From Octopus sinensis (taxonomy: Eukaryota): 64,000 nt of DNA. Shown piece by piece: positions 1 through 13,400 of the stretch. Numbering within the stretch: the stretch's first letter is position 1; each line of letters begins with the position of its first letter. The position numbers were made by a program, and so were the translations under genes. The stretch covers positions 20,026,001 through 20,090,000 of the forward strand of contig NC_043007.1 in NCBI RefSeq assembly GCF_006345805.1, written 5' to 3'. A model generated the notes under the pieces. The model did no database searches. It worked only from the letters and a program-made list of their open reading frames with translations, and was not told where the DNA came from.

Positions 1-281
1 TAGATTTAGAAAAGCACTGAAATCTAAATTAATATTTGTAAAAAAAATGGAAAATGAAAGAAGCCCTCTTTGTGTGTGTGTGTGTGCCTTCACTTTCTGT
101 GATAGTTGCAAAGGAGTGTTATCAACATGCACGTGATGTCCTTCATTTCCACTATCCCCTAAAAATATTTAGATACAGAGGGTTGGCAACAGGAATGGCA
201 TCCAGCCAAAAAAAAAACAGCCTTGATACATGCATGGAAAAGTGGAAGTTAAAATGATGATGATGATGATGAAATCTTTAA

Positions 282-704
282 CCCTTTTGATAGCAACCTG
301 TCTGAAACTGCCTCTGGCTCTAGTATAAATGTCTTGTTTTCAAAATTTCTAAATTAAGATCTTCTACCAAATTACAATTTATGCTCTTAACACTAGTCAC
401 AATTTATGCTCTTAACACTAGCTTAATGATAACTAAGTTATTTTACTAAATTCTTTGTTATATTTAGAATTAATTGAAAGAAACACAGAGCATCTCAAAC
501 GGCTGAAACTGGCACTGGCTCTGTAGTACAGATGTCTTGTTTTCATAAGTTTTGAATTAAAATCTTCCACCAAACCTTAGTCACAATTTATGTACCTAAC
601 ACAAGCTGAATGATAATTAAGTTATTTTACTAAATTCTTTGTTATATTTAGAATTAATTGAAAGAAACACAGAGCATCTCAACAGAAATATGGGAACAAA
701 AGGG
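282..704. mobile_element. piggyBac-type MITE with internal tandem unit
   Basis: TTAA|CCCTTTTG ... CAAAAGGG|TTAA; a further copy at 761-1219 carries an inserted repeat. Confidence 0.85.
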
Positions 705-1965
705 TTAAAAGCACTCATGCTGGTACCATGTAGAAAGCACTAGTGATGACGTCACAGTAACCCTTTTGATACCAACCCACCTAAAACCACCTCTAGCTCT
801 GTAGTACAAATGTCTTGTTTTTATAAGTTCTAAATTAAGATCTTCCACCAAACCTTAGTCACAATATATGTTCCTAACACTAGCTGAATGATAACCAAGT
901 TATTTTACTAAATTTTTTGTTATATTTAGAATTAATTGAAAGAAGCCCCGAGCATCTCAGCAGAAATCATCATCATCATCATTTAGCGTCCACTTTCCAT
1001 GCTAGCATGGGTTGGACGGTTCAACTGGGGTCTGGGAAGCCAGAAGGCTGCACCAGGTCCAGTCTGATCTGGCAATGTTTCTACGGCTGGATCCCTTCCT
1101 AACGCCAACCACTCTGTGAGTGTAGTGGGTGCTTTTTACGTGCTACCGGCACAGGTGCCAGACAGGCCTGGCAAACGGCCACGGTCGGATGGTGCTTTTT
1201 ACGTATGGTAACAAAAGGGTTAAACTGTAATAAAGTGTTGCTGCTACTATTTCGGTTACTTGCTCTGCTACTCTATGTATTGGCATCAATGCAATCCTAC
1301 AGATGATTTTTAGGGGACTTCAAATGAAAGACAAAAGCAAATTATTGAAAACTGTCTATTTTTTACTTGTTTCAGTCACTGGGTTGTGGCCATACTGGGG
1401 CACCACCTTGAAAGCTTTCACTCCAAGAAATCAACACCACACTTATTTTTGAGCTTGGTACTAATTCTATTGGCCAATTTTGCTGAACTATTTAAATTAC
1501 GGGAATGTAAACAAACCAACACTGGTTGTCAAGTGGTAGGGGGAGAGACAGACAGACACAGACTCAAACACATACATACAAACATACATACATATATATA
1601 TATATATCACGTGATTAAATGACCGACCAGGCTATCAGATGTTGTTACACATCGCTGGTCACAATGCGCTTCGCATTCTTTTAGCCTTAAAATGACGCCA
1701 CCCCACTGGCTAAGCGAGCAGGCCTATATATATATATATATATATATACATGATGGGCTTCTACACAGTTTCCAACTACTGAATTTACTCACAAGGCATT
1801 TGCTGGCATGGGGCTATAATAGAAGACACTTGCCCAAGGTGCTGTGCAGTGGGACTGAACCCAGAATCACGTGGTTACAAAGCAAGCATCTTAACCACAC
1901 AGTCATGCCTGCACCTTTACATGAATTCTAAACTACAAATGGAGAAAGAATTTCAGAATTGTGAA

Positions 1966-2121
1966 GGAGTGGCTGTGTGGTAAGTAGGTTGCTAACCTAC
2001 CACATGGTTCCGGGTTCAGTCCCACTGCGTGGTATCTTGGGCAAGTGTCTTCTGCTATAGCCCTGGGCCGACCAAAGCCTTGTGAGTGGATTTGGTAGAC
2101 GGAAACTGAAAGAAACCTGTC

Positions 2122-2205
<84 letters not shown>

Positions 2206-2397
2206 TTGTGTCCTCCTAGCATTGCTTGACAACCAATGCTGGTGTGTTTACGTCCCCGTCACTTAGCGGTTCGGCAAAAAGAGACCGATAGAATAAGTAC
2301 TGGGCTTACAAAGAATAAGTCCCGGGGTCGATTTGCTCGACTATAGGCGGTGCTCCAGCATGGCTGCCGTCAAACGACTGAAACAAGTAAAAGAGTA
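1966..2397 (+). mobile_element. tRNA-derived SINE family A (internal (TA)n(TG)n), full length
   Basis: A box TGGCTGTGTGG, B box GGTTCAGTCCC, GTAAAAGA-repeat tail. Other near-full copies: 2957-3352+, 34602-35005+, 41643-42030+, 44343-44740+, 55938-56332+, 1360-1915-, 28905-29315-, 38130-38550-; many partial copies. Confidence 0.85.
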
Positions 2398-2440
2398 AAT
2401 TCTTGGGAAAACTACAGGAAATAGATAAAAAAATACTTAC

Positions 2441-2855
2441 AACATTGATTTAGAAATTAGAGTTGTACTCTTTCGAGCAACGGATTTTATTCGCTTCGGA
2501 GTTACCTCACTGGAATTACTATTCTCTGCTTGACGTTTTGCAGGACTTGATTTGGATTTCAATTTGGAGAATTTGTTGTTTGCTTTACCACCCGTCAGAG
2601 ACAATTCCTTGTATGAAGGACTTTCTATAAGCTGCACATCTGAATCGTCTTCAATAGTCATGGAGTCATTACTTCCATAAGATTCTTTTCGAATTTTCTT
2701 ACTAGATTTCTTATTGAATAAAAATTCACCGTCTGGGCTTCTGTGCCGGACTCCATGGCTGCCGGCTGTACGCACCATCTCAAACGGCGGTTCATAAATA
2801 GGTCGGCGTAGAAAGTTGAAGTTTTCAACTGTCAAGTTTGTGTTTTTTCCTTCTA
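2441..2855 (-). CDS. MBD gene exon (415 nt), MBD C-terminus (LTVENFNF) plus Lys/Ser-rich region
   Basis: ttttgcag| acceptor, ATGTT|gtaagt donor, open frame, phase 1-2. Confidence 0.85.
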
Positions 2856-5800
2856 CTGCAAAATAAAAAGATAAATCAGCTAAATAGAAAAAAAAAACAA
2901 TAAAGAAACACAAAAATAAACTATATGAAATATTTATTATAACAAACATAGGTGTAGGAGTGGCTGTGTGGTAAGCAGCTTGCTTACCAACCACATGGTT
3001 CCGGGTTCAGTCCCACTGCGTGGCACCTCGGGCAACTGTCTTCTACTATAGCCTCAGGCCGATCAAAGCCTTGTGAGTAGATTTGGTAGTTGGAAACTGA
3101 AAGAAGCCCGTAGTATATGTGTATGTGTGTGTGTACATGTTTGTGCGTCTGTATTTGTCCCTCCAACATCGCTTGACAACCAATGCTAGTGTGTTTAGAT
3201 CCCCGTAACTTAGTGGTTCGGCAAAAGACCAATAGAATAAGTATTAGGCTTACAAAGAATAAGTCCTGGGGTCGATTTGCTCGACTAAAGGCAGTGCTCC
3301 AGCATGGCCATAGTAAAATGGCCGAAACAAGTTAAAGAGTAAAAGAGAGAGTAAACTTTACAATCTGTCCATTAATATATATCGATTTACTTCACTAATG
3401 ACTAGAAACCCATAAGTCTATTCTTTGGTAGGAATTTATATCTTATGAAACTAATTAATAGATACAAGTTGAAAGCATTGAAGACAAGGAGACAGAATCT
3501 TAATTAGAAAGAGACAATGACTCGCATATTTATTTTGCAAGATTCTTGATGTGAAATCGTGTGTTGAAACAGATGTTGTTGTATTTAGGAATGGTCATTT
3601 TGCCAGTTTAGCCAATAAAAACACACGCACTATATATTTGGTATTAATTTGCTTCAGCGTTATTTATTTTTTACATTAATCTTAATCTTATTTCGGCCAG
3701 AGTTCTTTCGTCACACTTCTGTGACCCCATCAGTGATCCTTTGCTTTCTTCTTTCTTATTTGTGTGTCTCTCCTTACTAACGGTCAGCCCTTTTGTATTT
3801 TGTATTCCTATTGTATGTGTCTTTGTATGTATATTGTATGTATATTTAAAATGGATACACAGAAGAAAGCCACACAACTGCAGTATTTGTCTCGAGAAAG
3901 CTTCCCAAATAGACAAACAGTGCTAAAAAATACAGAGGAAGACCAGCAGCAGACAAAAATCATCCAGCAACGGAATTGCTAAATCCAATTTTCATCTGCT
4001 ACTGATATTCTTCAGAGCATTTTAACACTATACATCTATACAAAATTCATTCTTAAGATGAATAAAAAAAAAAAACTTAAATGATACTTACAGTAATTAA
4101 CAATTTGTACCATTGATCGCTAAAAAAATATAAAAAAATAATGTTTAAAATTATTTAAAATATATTAAATATACAACTATATGCACGTGCACACACACAC
4201 AAAAATAACTCATTCACAGAAAACAAGCATGTCCAATTTAGTCGATTGTATTATCACTTCTTGCACTTTCTTCTCAGGGAGGAAATCTCGCTCACAACAT
4301 CATAAGCGGAAAGTGTAACCTCTTGAAAGAGCCGTTCTTCACTCCTGCTCCAGAGCGTCGGCTGCGGGGTCATTCCGAAAAGCTCTACCTGCGGCGATTT
4401 CATCTCAATCGAAGGAGAGGGGCTTTCTCCGTCTGGGTTGCGGATCCGTGGAACAAGCTGCCAGACGAGATGGTGAAGATGCTGACGACCGCTTTGTTCA
4501 AAGCCTCCCTTGACCTCAAGTGGCCTGAACTCTTTACATGAACACCACCCTGTACTTAACTCCATGTCCTCCTACATGGCCTTGCTTTTTGCTTTTGAGC
4601 CAAAAAATTAACTAACTAATTAACTTGTAACAGTCTACAGTAGATTCTTTACTCATTCCTGATATCCATATTTCCCCAAACCCCTTTATTTCCAACAGAT
4701 GGATTGTGATCAAAAACTGTTGTGAACCACCTTCACGCAATGGGCAATGTTCAGAAACTCAGTGCTTGGGTGCCACACACTTTGAGCGAAAAACAACAAA
4801 AATCAATGCTCCACAATCACCACCAGTTACCTCACTCAATATCACTCAACACACAAACAGCGTTCTCTTTACCACATTGTCCCTGGCAATGAAAAATGGT
4901 GCCTTTAAGTTGTAGTGATGTCATTTTCCAGTGTGCGCACACGCAACGTCATTCTTCAGTATGCGGGGCTGAAACTTTCTGGAAAGGCCTAAGGAAGTTC
5001 CCTCATGCACATGCGCTAGAGACTGGGGAAGAAAATTCTATCGCGTTCCTTGTTAGCGTCGTTGACTTGAGACACGGCTATTGAAGAAAAAGGACGTGTT
5101 AAACATGTGATCAGCCATTCTCCTGTCCCAGACGCTTGGGATTTGACCTGCTCTGTTGCTGCTGAATTTGTTGTAAGAATCTTACAAATGTTAAAATTCA
5201 GCCTTGCTATATCGAACCAAGTGGATACCAATATGCCAACGTACTTCTTTTGTAAATAAGAAAATAAAGAGTTATATATATTTTCTAAGGTTGTGTTCTT
5301 GTTCCTGACTGGTAGTTTCTGGAAACTAAAGAAAGGAAATTGGTTGCACCCAAACAGTGTAAAGAATTAACCAGTTCCATTACAAAGTCAATATGAAGCA
5401 GCGAAAAGAATGGCTCAGCCCTGACAAAGAAGCCACTCTGTGAGCAAAATAAGACTGTCATCCTTGAAAGACCATGATGCCCTGTATGGTGGGATTGGGA
5501 AGGCATAATTCATTACGAACTGCCTGAGCACAATCAAACACTCAATGTGGAGCTCTACGTTCAACAACTACACCGACCCAACGAAGCATTTCAGCAAAAA
5601 AGACCGAAGAGATGAAATGGCATTCATCTGCAACACAACGATGTCTCTCCTCACATTGCTGATCTGATCAAAGCCACGATTCAAGAACTTGAATGGGAAG
5701 TGCTGCCTCATTCTCCATACTCTCCAGACTTCAAACTGTTAGATTTTCATCTCTTTTGACCGCATTCGAATTCTTTGTGCAGTGTATTGTACAATAATGA

Positions 5801-7380
5801 TGTGGAATTAAGGGCTTGGTTGGATGAATGCTTTGAGTCAAGACCAGGAGATTTCTATTGCCAAGGCATCGTAAAACTTATTGAACAATAGGAGGAAATC
5901 ATAAACAATAATGGAGAGTATATTATTGATTAATCTGTTGCAGTTTTTTTTGTTTAAAATGAATTTGAAAAACATGCTCATGAATTATTCCTCAACCCAA
6001 TGTGTGTGTGTGTGTGTGTGTGTATTTACGTATGTCCTTGTGTCTGTGTTTGTTCCCCAGCCATCGCTCGACAACCATTTATGTCCCTGTAACTTAGCGG
6101 TTCAGCAAAAGGAACCGATAGAATAAGTACCAGGCTTACAAAGAAAAAGTAAATAAATAAATATTATGATAGGAGCAAGAGTGGCTGTGGGGTAAGAAGC
6201 TTGCTTCCCAACCACATGGTTCTGGGTTCAGTCCCACTGAATGGCACTTTGGGCAAGTGTCTTCTACTATAGCTTCAGGCCAACCAAGGCCTTGTGAGTG
6301 AATTTGGTAGACGGAAATTGAAAGAAGCCCATCGATTTCTTCAACTAAAAGACCCTTTAAGGCAGTGCTCCAGCATGGCCCTAGTCAAATGACTGAAGTA
6401 AAAGATTAAAAGAACAAACACCAATTACTATTACTGACAAATTGGTGATAAAACATAGAAACGAGATGAAATAAAAAATTCATTACCAGTTTCTTGTTAT
6501 CAGGAGTATAATAGTAAATATCCGCTGGTGCTGTCTTTGGTTTGCCTAACTTGGTGAATTCTTTATACACTGAACGAATAACAACTTCTCTTCTCCAGCC
6601 TAGGAGGAAAAAAAAATCAGAAAAATAAGGAAACTGTGAATTCACACACGACAGAAAAATCACTGTAAAGGAGCGTGGCTCAGTTGGTAGGGGGTTATAC
6701 TCACAATCATAGGATTGTGGTTTCGATTCCTGGACCTGGCAGTGCATTGTGTTTTAGAGCAAATCACTTCATTTCATCTTGCTTCAGTTCATTCAGCTGT
6801 AAATGAGTAACCCTGCGAGGGTCTGGCATCCCATCCAGGGGGATGATGTGATCTTGATCATTTATACAACACAAGAACCTGGTCACCAGCCCTATAAGTC
6901 CTAGGGCTCAGGACAATAATGTCAGGAGAAGGAGGAGGAGGAGGCTGTCGTTGATGATGATGATGAAAAATCATTCAAACTGCTACAATTAGCAATATAA
7001 TTCTTTCTTCAGTCACCTCCAACAGTTATACAAAGAAAAGGACAGATTGGGTGACATGGTCCTGGTTGGATTGTGCCTGAGCAAAAAGGCTTTTAATGAT
7101 GGAACTAAACAAGTCATGTATAGAATGGTACAAAATACAAATCTACAGAATAAACAAGTCAAAATTTTACCTTGTTCAAACGGTGCATATATTTTCTCTG
7201 AGTCAGCTTCTTTACACTTCTTTGAAGCTAAAATACAAAAAAGTAAATAAATAGATATTATGATAGGAGCAGGAGTGGCTGTGTGGTAAGAAGCTTGCTT
7301 CCCAACAACATGGTTCTGGGTTCAGTCCCACTGCATGGCACTGTGAGTGAATTTGCTAGATGGAAACTGAAAGAAGCCCG

Positions 7381-7422
<42 letters not shown>

Positions 7423-10400
7423 GTATAAGGATGAAAAGGAACACACGAGTTGATATATATGAAAAAATAAGTCAAAATAGAAAATGCTAAAATAATTTTA
7501 TAAAGAACATTTCAGTACCTGTTTCAGTCATTTTGAGACCTTTTCAACTGTAACGATTAAATAATTAAATTTAGAAAAATTAAAAGAAATGTTTTTTTAA
7601 AGGAATATTTGTACAGTGTTCAAATATAAGTGGCATTTTCCTTGTTTCTGCCTTGCTCTGTCTCTCTTGTTCACACTTGTGGGTTCGAGGTGGAGGTCCT
7701 TGTGAATTCTTGGTAGGGAAGAAGAAGAAGGATGATGAGAAGCGGGGGAAGGAGGGAATTTTGGGAGTGCCTTGATTGTTGTATTTTGAATGGTCAGTGG
7801 CAGCTAACAGTTCATGACAGTATTTCTATTGAAAGGTTTGTCTATAGAATTTGCGTAGGTGTTATACTAAAAAGCAATAGTGATAAAGTTAGGAAGTAGA
7901 AGGGGGAGAAGAAGATGAAGAAGAAGATGATGATGATGATGATGAAGAAGGGAAAGAAGAAGAAGAAAGAGGAGAGAGAATATGAATGAGTGGAAGTAGT
8001 GAGGTGTTGTATGACTTAAAGTTGGGTTATAGCTGTGATTGGGGCTGAAATGTAGTGGGGGAAAATCCTGAAGTTGGTGTTTTGTTGTTGGCGCAAGTAT
8101 CTATGTGTTGGCTGAATGTTATTTTTCTGTTTTGGGGAATTTTTATCTGGGATCTGTGCAGGGCCATTCTTTTACGCAAACTATTTTTCGTTTGGCCTAT
8201 GTACTGCTCTTGACACCCAGAGCAGGTTAGTGTGTATATCAGGTTCTCCGAAGCACATGTGAAGTTGCTTTTCACTGTAAACCATTGTCCCTGTTTGAAG
8301 GAGAACTCTGATCCTTCAATTAGATAATCGCATATCCCGCAATTTGGTCTTCCACATTTTTTTACTGTCGGCTTCTGTGTTGTAGAGTGTATTTGGGCTT
8401 GTGTTAGGAGACTTTTCATAGATTTAGGCTGTCTCTTGCTTTTTATGATCGTGTGTGTTTGGAGGATTGTGTTCATTCTGTGGTCTTTTTTTAGCAGGGG
8501 TATGTTTTGGAGGATGGTGTCGAAGGCCTCATTGTTGAGAGGGTTGTGTGTGGAGATGTATGGTAAGGGTTTTGGTCGTAATTTTTTTCTTTGATTTGGG
8601 ATGTTTGAGTTCTTGGATGTTGAGTTGGCGGGCACGTTGAATGCATATGTCAATAAGTGAAGGTGGGTAGTTCCTGGTAATGAGGGTATCTTTTAGTTCT
8701 TGTAGTCGTGTGTCTCTGGTGTTTGCATTAGAAACTATAGTACATATCCTTTTTGCTAGATTGAAGGGGATGTTCATTCTGGTGTGTCTGGGGTGGCATG
8801 AATTGAAAGGAAGATATTGCTTAGAATCTGTAGGCTTATAGTATATATCTGTTTCTATTACATTATTAGATTTCTTAATAAGGATATCGAGGAAGGGGAG
8901 TTGTTGCTGGCTATATTCCATCGTGAATTGAATGTTTACGTCCAGTCCATTTAAAATTGCTTGGAATTCTTTGAGTTTCTCTATATTTTCATGCCAAAGG
9001 ATGAAACAGTCATCTAGGTATCTCCTCCAGTTGTTTTCTATGTAGAGGGAGAAAGGGCTGCCATATCTTTCTAGAACCTTACGATACAGACTGATTTCTA
9101 AATATCCCTTGACTAGGTTGGCAAAGGAGGGGGCCATTCGCGTACCCATAGCAGTCCCCGATTTTTGTCGGTAGAAGTTGTCTTTGAAGGCGAAGAAGTT
9201 ATTTTCCAGGATGAATTTAACCCCTTCTATCACGAATTCTTTTTTGATGCGATGTGGGAGTTCGTTGGCGTGATTCTCTTGCCAACCTAGTCATGGGATA
9301 TTTAGAAATCAGTCTGTATCGTAAGGTTCTAGAAAGATATGGCAGCCCTTTCTCCCTCTACATAGAAAACAACTGGAGGAGATACCTAGATGCGATGCTC
9401 CAGCATGGCCACAGTCAAATGACTGAATCAAGTAAAAGAATAAAGAATTAGGTTAAAATACAATTTGACGTTTTACAAATTGAGGCTATTTCTTTTTCTC
9501 CCCAAAAGTTTCTTTCCAAGCACGGTTAACCTTTACTGTGCAGGAACCAAGTATACCTGGTTCTCAGCATGTGTATTTGTGACACAGGAACTGAGTCAAC
9601 TTGGCTTTTGATAGTGGGGGTTACTTGCCAGAATTCCCCACGTTTCATATGACATAGTACACACATTATCATCATCATCATTTAACGTCCGCTTTCCATG
9701 CTAGCATGGGTTGGACGGTTTGACCGGGGTCTGAGAAGCTAGGAGGCTGCGCCAGGCCACGTCTGATCTGGTAGTGTTTCTACATACCATATGCCCGTCC
9801 TAATGCCAACCACTCTGAGAGTGTAGTGGGTGCTTTTTACATGCCACCTGCACAGGTGCCAGACGAGGCTGGCAAACGGCCACGATTGGATGGTGCTTTT
9901 TACGTGCCACCGGCACAGAGGCCAGTCAAACCGGCACTGGCAACGGCCACGTTCGGATGGTTCTCTCACGTGCCACCGGCACTGGTATTACAGCTGCAAT
10001 TTCCATTGATGTTGATCGATTTCGATTACTGACCAACAAATAGAGGTTGCAATAAATATTTGAATTTGACTAGTGTCAAATCACCAATTTGGTGGGTCAT
10101 AAATTTAATCAGCAAAGCAACCATTAATACTGGTTTCAAATTTTGGCACAAGGCCAGCAATTTCGGGGCAGGTGGGTAAATCAAATACATTGACCCCCAG
10201 TACTCAACTGGTACTTATTTTGTTGACCCTGAAAGGATAAAAGGCAAAGCTGGCCCTGGAATTCAAACTCAGAACGTATAGACAGACAAAATGCCGCTAA
10301 ACATTTTGCCCTGCAAGTTAATGATTCTGGCAGCTTGAACACCTCATTAACCCTTTCGTTACCGTATTTAGAGATGCTCTGTATTTCTTTCAATTAGTTT

Positions 10401-13400
10401 TAAATATAACAAAGAATTTAGTAAAATAACTTAGTTATCATTAAGCTAGTGTTAGGAACATAAACTGTGATTAAGGTTTGGTGGAAGATTTTAATTTAGA
10501 ACTTTTGAAAACAAGACATTTGTACTACAGAGCCAGAGGCAATTTCAGACAAGTTGGTATCAAAAGGGTTAAATTAATCATTTGCTAATCCTTTTGTTAA
10601 TAAATTTTTGTTGGGATGTCCTGTGTTTCTTTCAATTAATTTCAAATATAACAAAGAATTTAGTAGGAAGGGCATCCTAGCATTAGGAAGGCATCCTATT
10701 GGCGTTAGGAAGGGCATCCTATTGGTGTTAAGGAAAGGCATTTTGGCGTTAGGAAGGACATCTTGGTGTTAAGAAGGGCATCCAGCTGTAGAAACTCTGC
10801 CAGATCAGATTGGAGTCTGGTGCAGCCATCTGGTTCGCCAGCCCTCAGTCAAATTGTCCGACCCATGCTAGCATGGAAAGCAGACGTCAAACGATGATGA
10901 TGATGATGAGTTATCATTAAGCTAGTGACAGGAACATAAATTGTGACTAAGGTCTATTGGAAGATTTTAACTCAAAACTTATGAAAACAAGACATTTGTA
11001 CTACAGAACCAGAGGCAGTTTTAGACAAGTTGGTAACGAAAGGGTTAATATCACCTTACATATTAAAAAAAAAAAAATTCTTACCTGTGGGTGACGTTTG
11101 CACAAACGATGCTGAAATGTTTGATGCCAGCACTAATGTTTCTTCGTTACTAATATTTTCAGAAGAATCTGCATTTGAAAGTCGTTTACTCAATGTTTTA
11201 GCTGGTTTGCTTTGTATGTCTACATCTGGACCTAAACCAATGAGATCAAGAACGTTGAACTTAACTTTTGGTTGTCTTTGAGATCGCCTTGGTTCAGCCA
11301 AAGTATAACTGACGGCACCAACAGGAGAATTCCAGTTAGTTGGTGTTACACAGGAGGGCTCTTGTTTATCATCAGTATTACTGCTTTTACTATCAACACC
11401 CTTGGTTTTATCATTAGATTCCTCGCTTGGTAACGGTGAAGAAGTGTCGGTGATTGTGGTAATGTTTTCAGCAGTTAATTCTTGCTTGATTTGTCGATGT
11501 TCTTCATCATTTTCAACTGGGTGACTCTCTTCCGTACCAACTTCCATCATACAGTCATCGGTCTTCTCTGTCAGTTCTAACGAACCATCGTTAACCACAT
11601 TTACTGAAGAACCATCAGAAGCTTCGATCTTTATGTTTTCTTTCATTAAAACAATCTGTGCCTGAACCATATCGTTATCATCTTCATTTGTTTGCGGAAC
11701 TAAATTTGTCATTGTAGAACTGCAAGTGTTACTCTCTGTATTACTTGGATGTGTTTTCTGATCAACAGAATTACTCGAGCCGACAGCATTCATTGGGCTA
11801 TTTATATTATCTACAGAGAAGTGTTTATCAGTATTCTTATCATTTCCCTCATTTTGGCCACTGGTAGAAATCCCTTGGTTTTTATCAGATTCAAGCAAAT
11901 TATTTGAAGCACTTGCACTAACTGTTGTATTTTGAACTGCTTTGTAATGCTTGTCAGACACAGATGAGTTGTTGCAGTCAACATCAGGAGCTGATTGGCC
12001 AACATCGGTACTGCTACTCAACAACAAATTATTTTTAGATTCATTATTAATTTTCCTGGGTTCAATATTATTGTTTAATTCAGCAGGTGAATGACTAACG
12101 TGTTGAGACGTGACATTTTCTTCAGCATGTGTGACGTTAGTATCCAAGCATGCTGCTTCAGAAGTTGAAGGGAATGAGTCTTGAACGCTATTTGGTGCAA
12201 GCTCAACCTCAGATTTGTTAGAATCAAGTTTAGGATTAGAAAGACCAACACCTAAATCATTGTCCATTGAAGCCCTTTTATCATAAGCTGCTGGGGTGGA
12301 CTGACCAGTAGACGATGACAAAGAGACCGTTGCAGTTGATGCAGTGGTGTCTTCCTCACTTATCAAAGTTTCTTCAGTTATCTTGCTTCCAGATGAAGAC
12401 GACACATTTCCAGCAGAAGCTGTTGTTATGGTAGCATTAGATGTCTTCTCATCTCTTGATGTTGAAGTCTCATTGCAACTAGATGGGAACAGTGAGTTGG
12501 TTGCAGGAGTTCTTACAAACGTTTGTCCAGATGCAGACGTTACATTTTCATTCAATAAAGAAGTGACTTTAGTGTCTGGTTCTGATGTTTTCCCTACATA
12601 TGAAGATGACTCTGCCATTTTAATTGGCGTCGACATTACCGTTTCACTTGTTGCAGGTACAGTAGCATTATCCTGGGAAATAGATTCTACATTGGTGGTA
12701 GATGGCGAATTTACATTAGCAGTAAAAGAAAAGGAGGGACGGTTATCCCCAGCTGGAGCAGTGTCCTTCTCTCCTGACGTGGACACAACCATAGCTCTTT
12801 CGACTGGCAATGTTCTATTACTGTCTGATGTCAAATTGTGTGATTGAACTGGGGTAACCTGTGATTTGGATAACATAACATCCTTATTACGAGACAAAAC
12901 TGAATTACTTGATTCAAGAATGGTATCTTTTCTTTCAGAAATAGGTTTACTATCACTGGGGCATATTTTATCATGAGATGTTCCTCCAGTACTGCTTGTA
13001 CGATGGACTGAGCTGCTTGTTGGAATCACCGTAGATTCTTTGCTGCTCGGCTCTGCAATGAATTCATTAGGAGTAGATGCAGAAGTAGTGGGCAAATAGG
13101 GTGAATTTGAAGATTCTTTGATAAAACTGCTTTTGATAACAGCATCACTTTGTTCTGGCTTCCGGTTATTGAAGTTGGACATTACAGAACTACTGGATAC
13201 AGAAGGTGTCTCTAGAGATTCTGGATTACTGGTTAAACTCGTAAGATTCTGTCTTGCATTATTATTAGTATGGCTATTTGATACATATACACTGGACAGA
13301 GAAAGAGTAGTAGTGGGGAAGGTTGAAACAGAAGTAGCTTGAAATGGTTTGGAGGATGAACTTGACAGACCCTTCTGCTGCGGTAAAGTATTTTGTGAAT

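Noticed and set aside
1-1296. Possible next MBD exons at 1260-1296 or starting at 16 (minus strand)
   Set aside because: Both are frame-compatible, but they are too short, lack protein-level support, and the first has a weak acceptor
5158-5202. Hairpin gctgaattt...aaattcagc as a pre-miRNA
   Set aside because: Short, AT-rich, near-palindromic with a 1-nt inner loop; no supporting evidence
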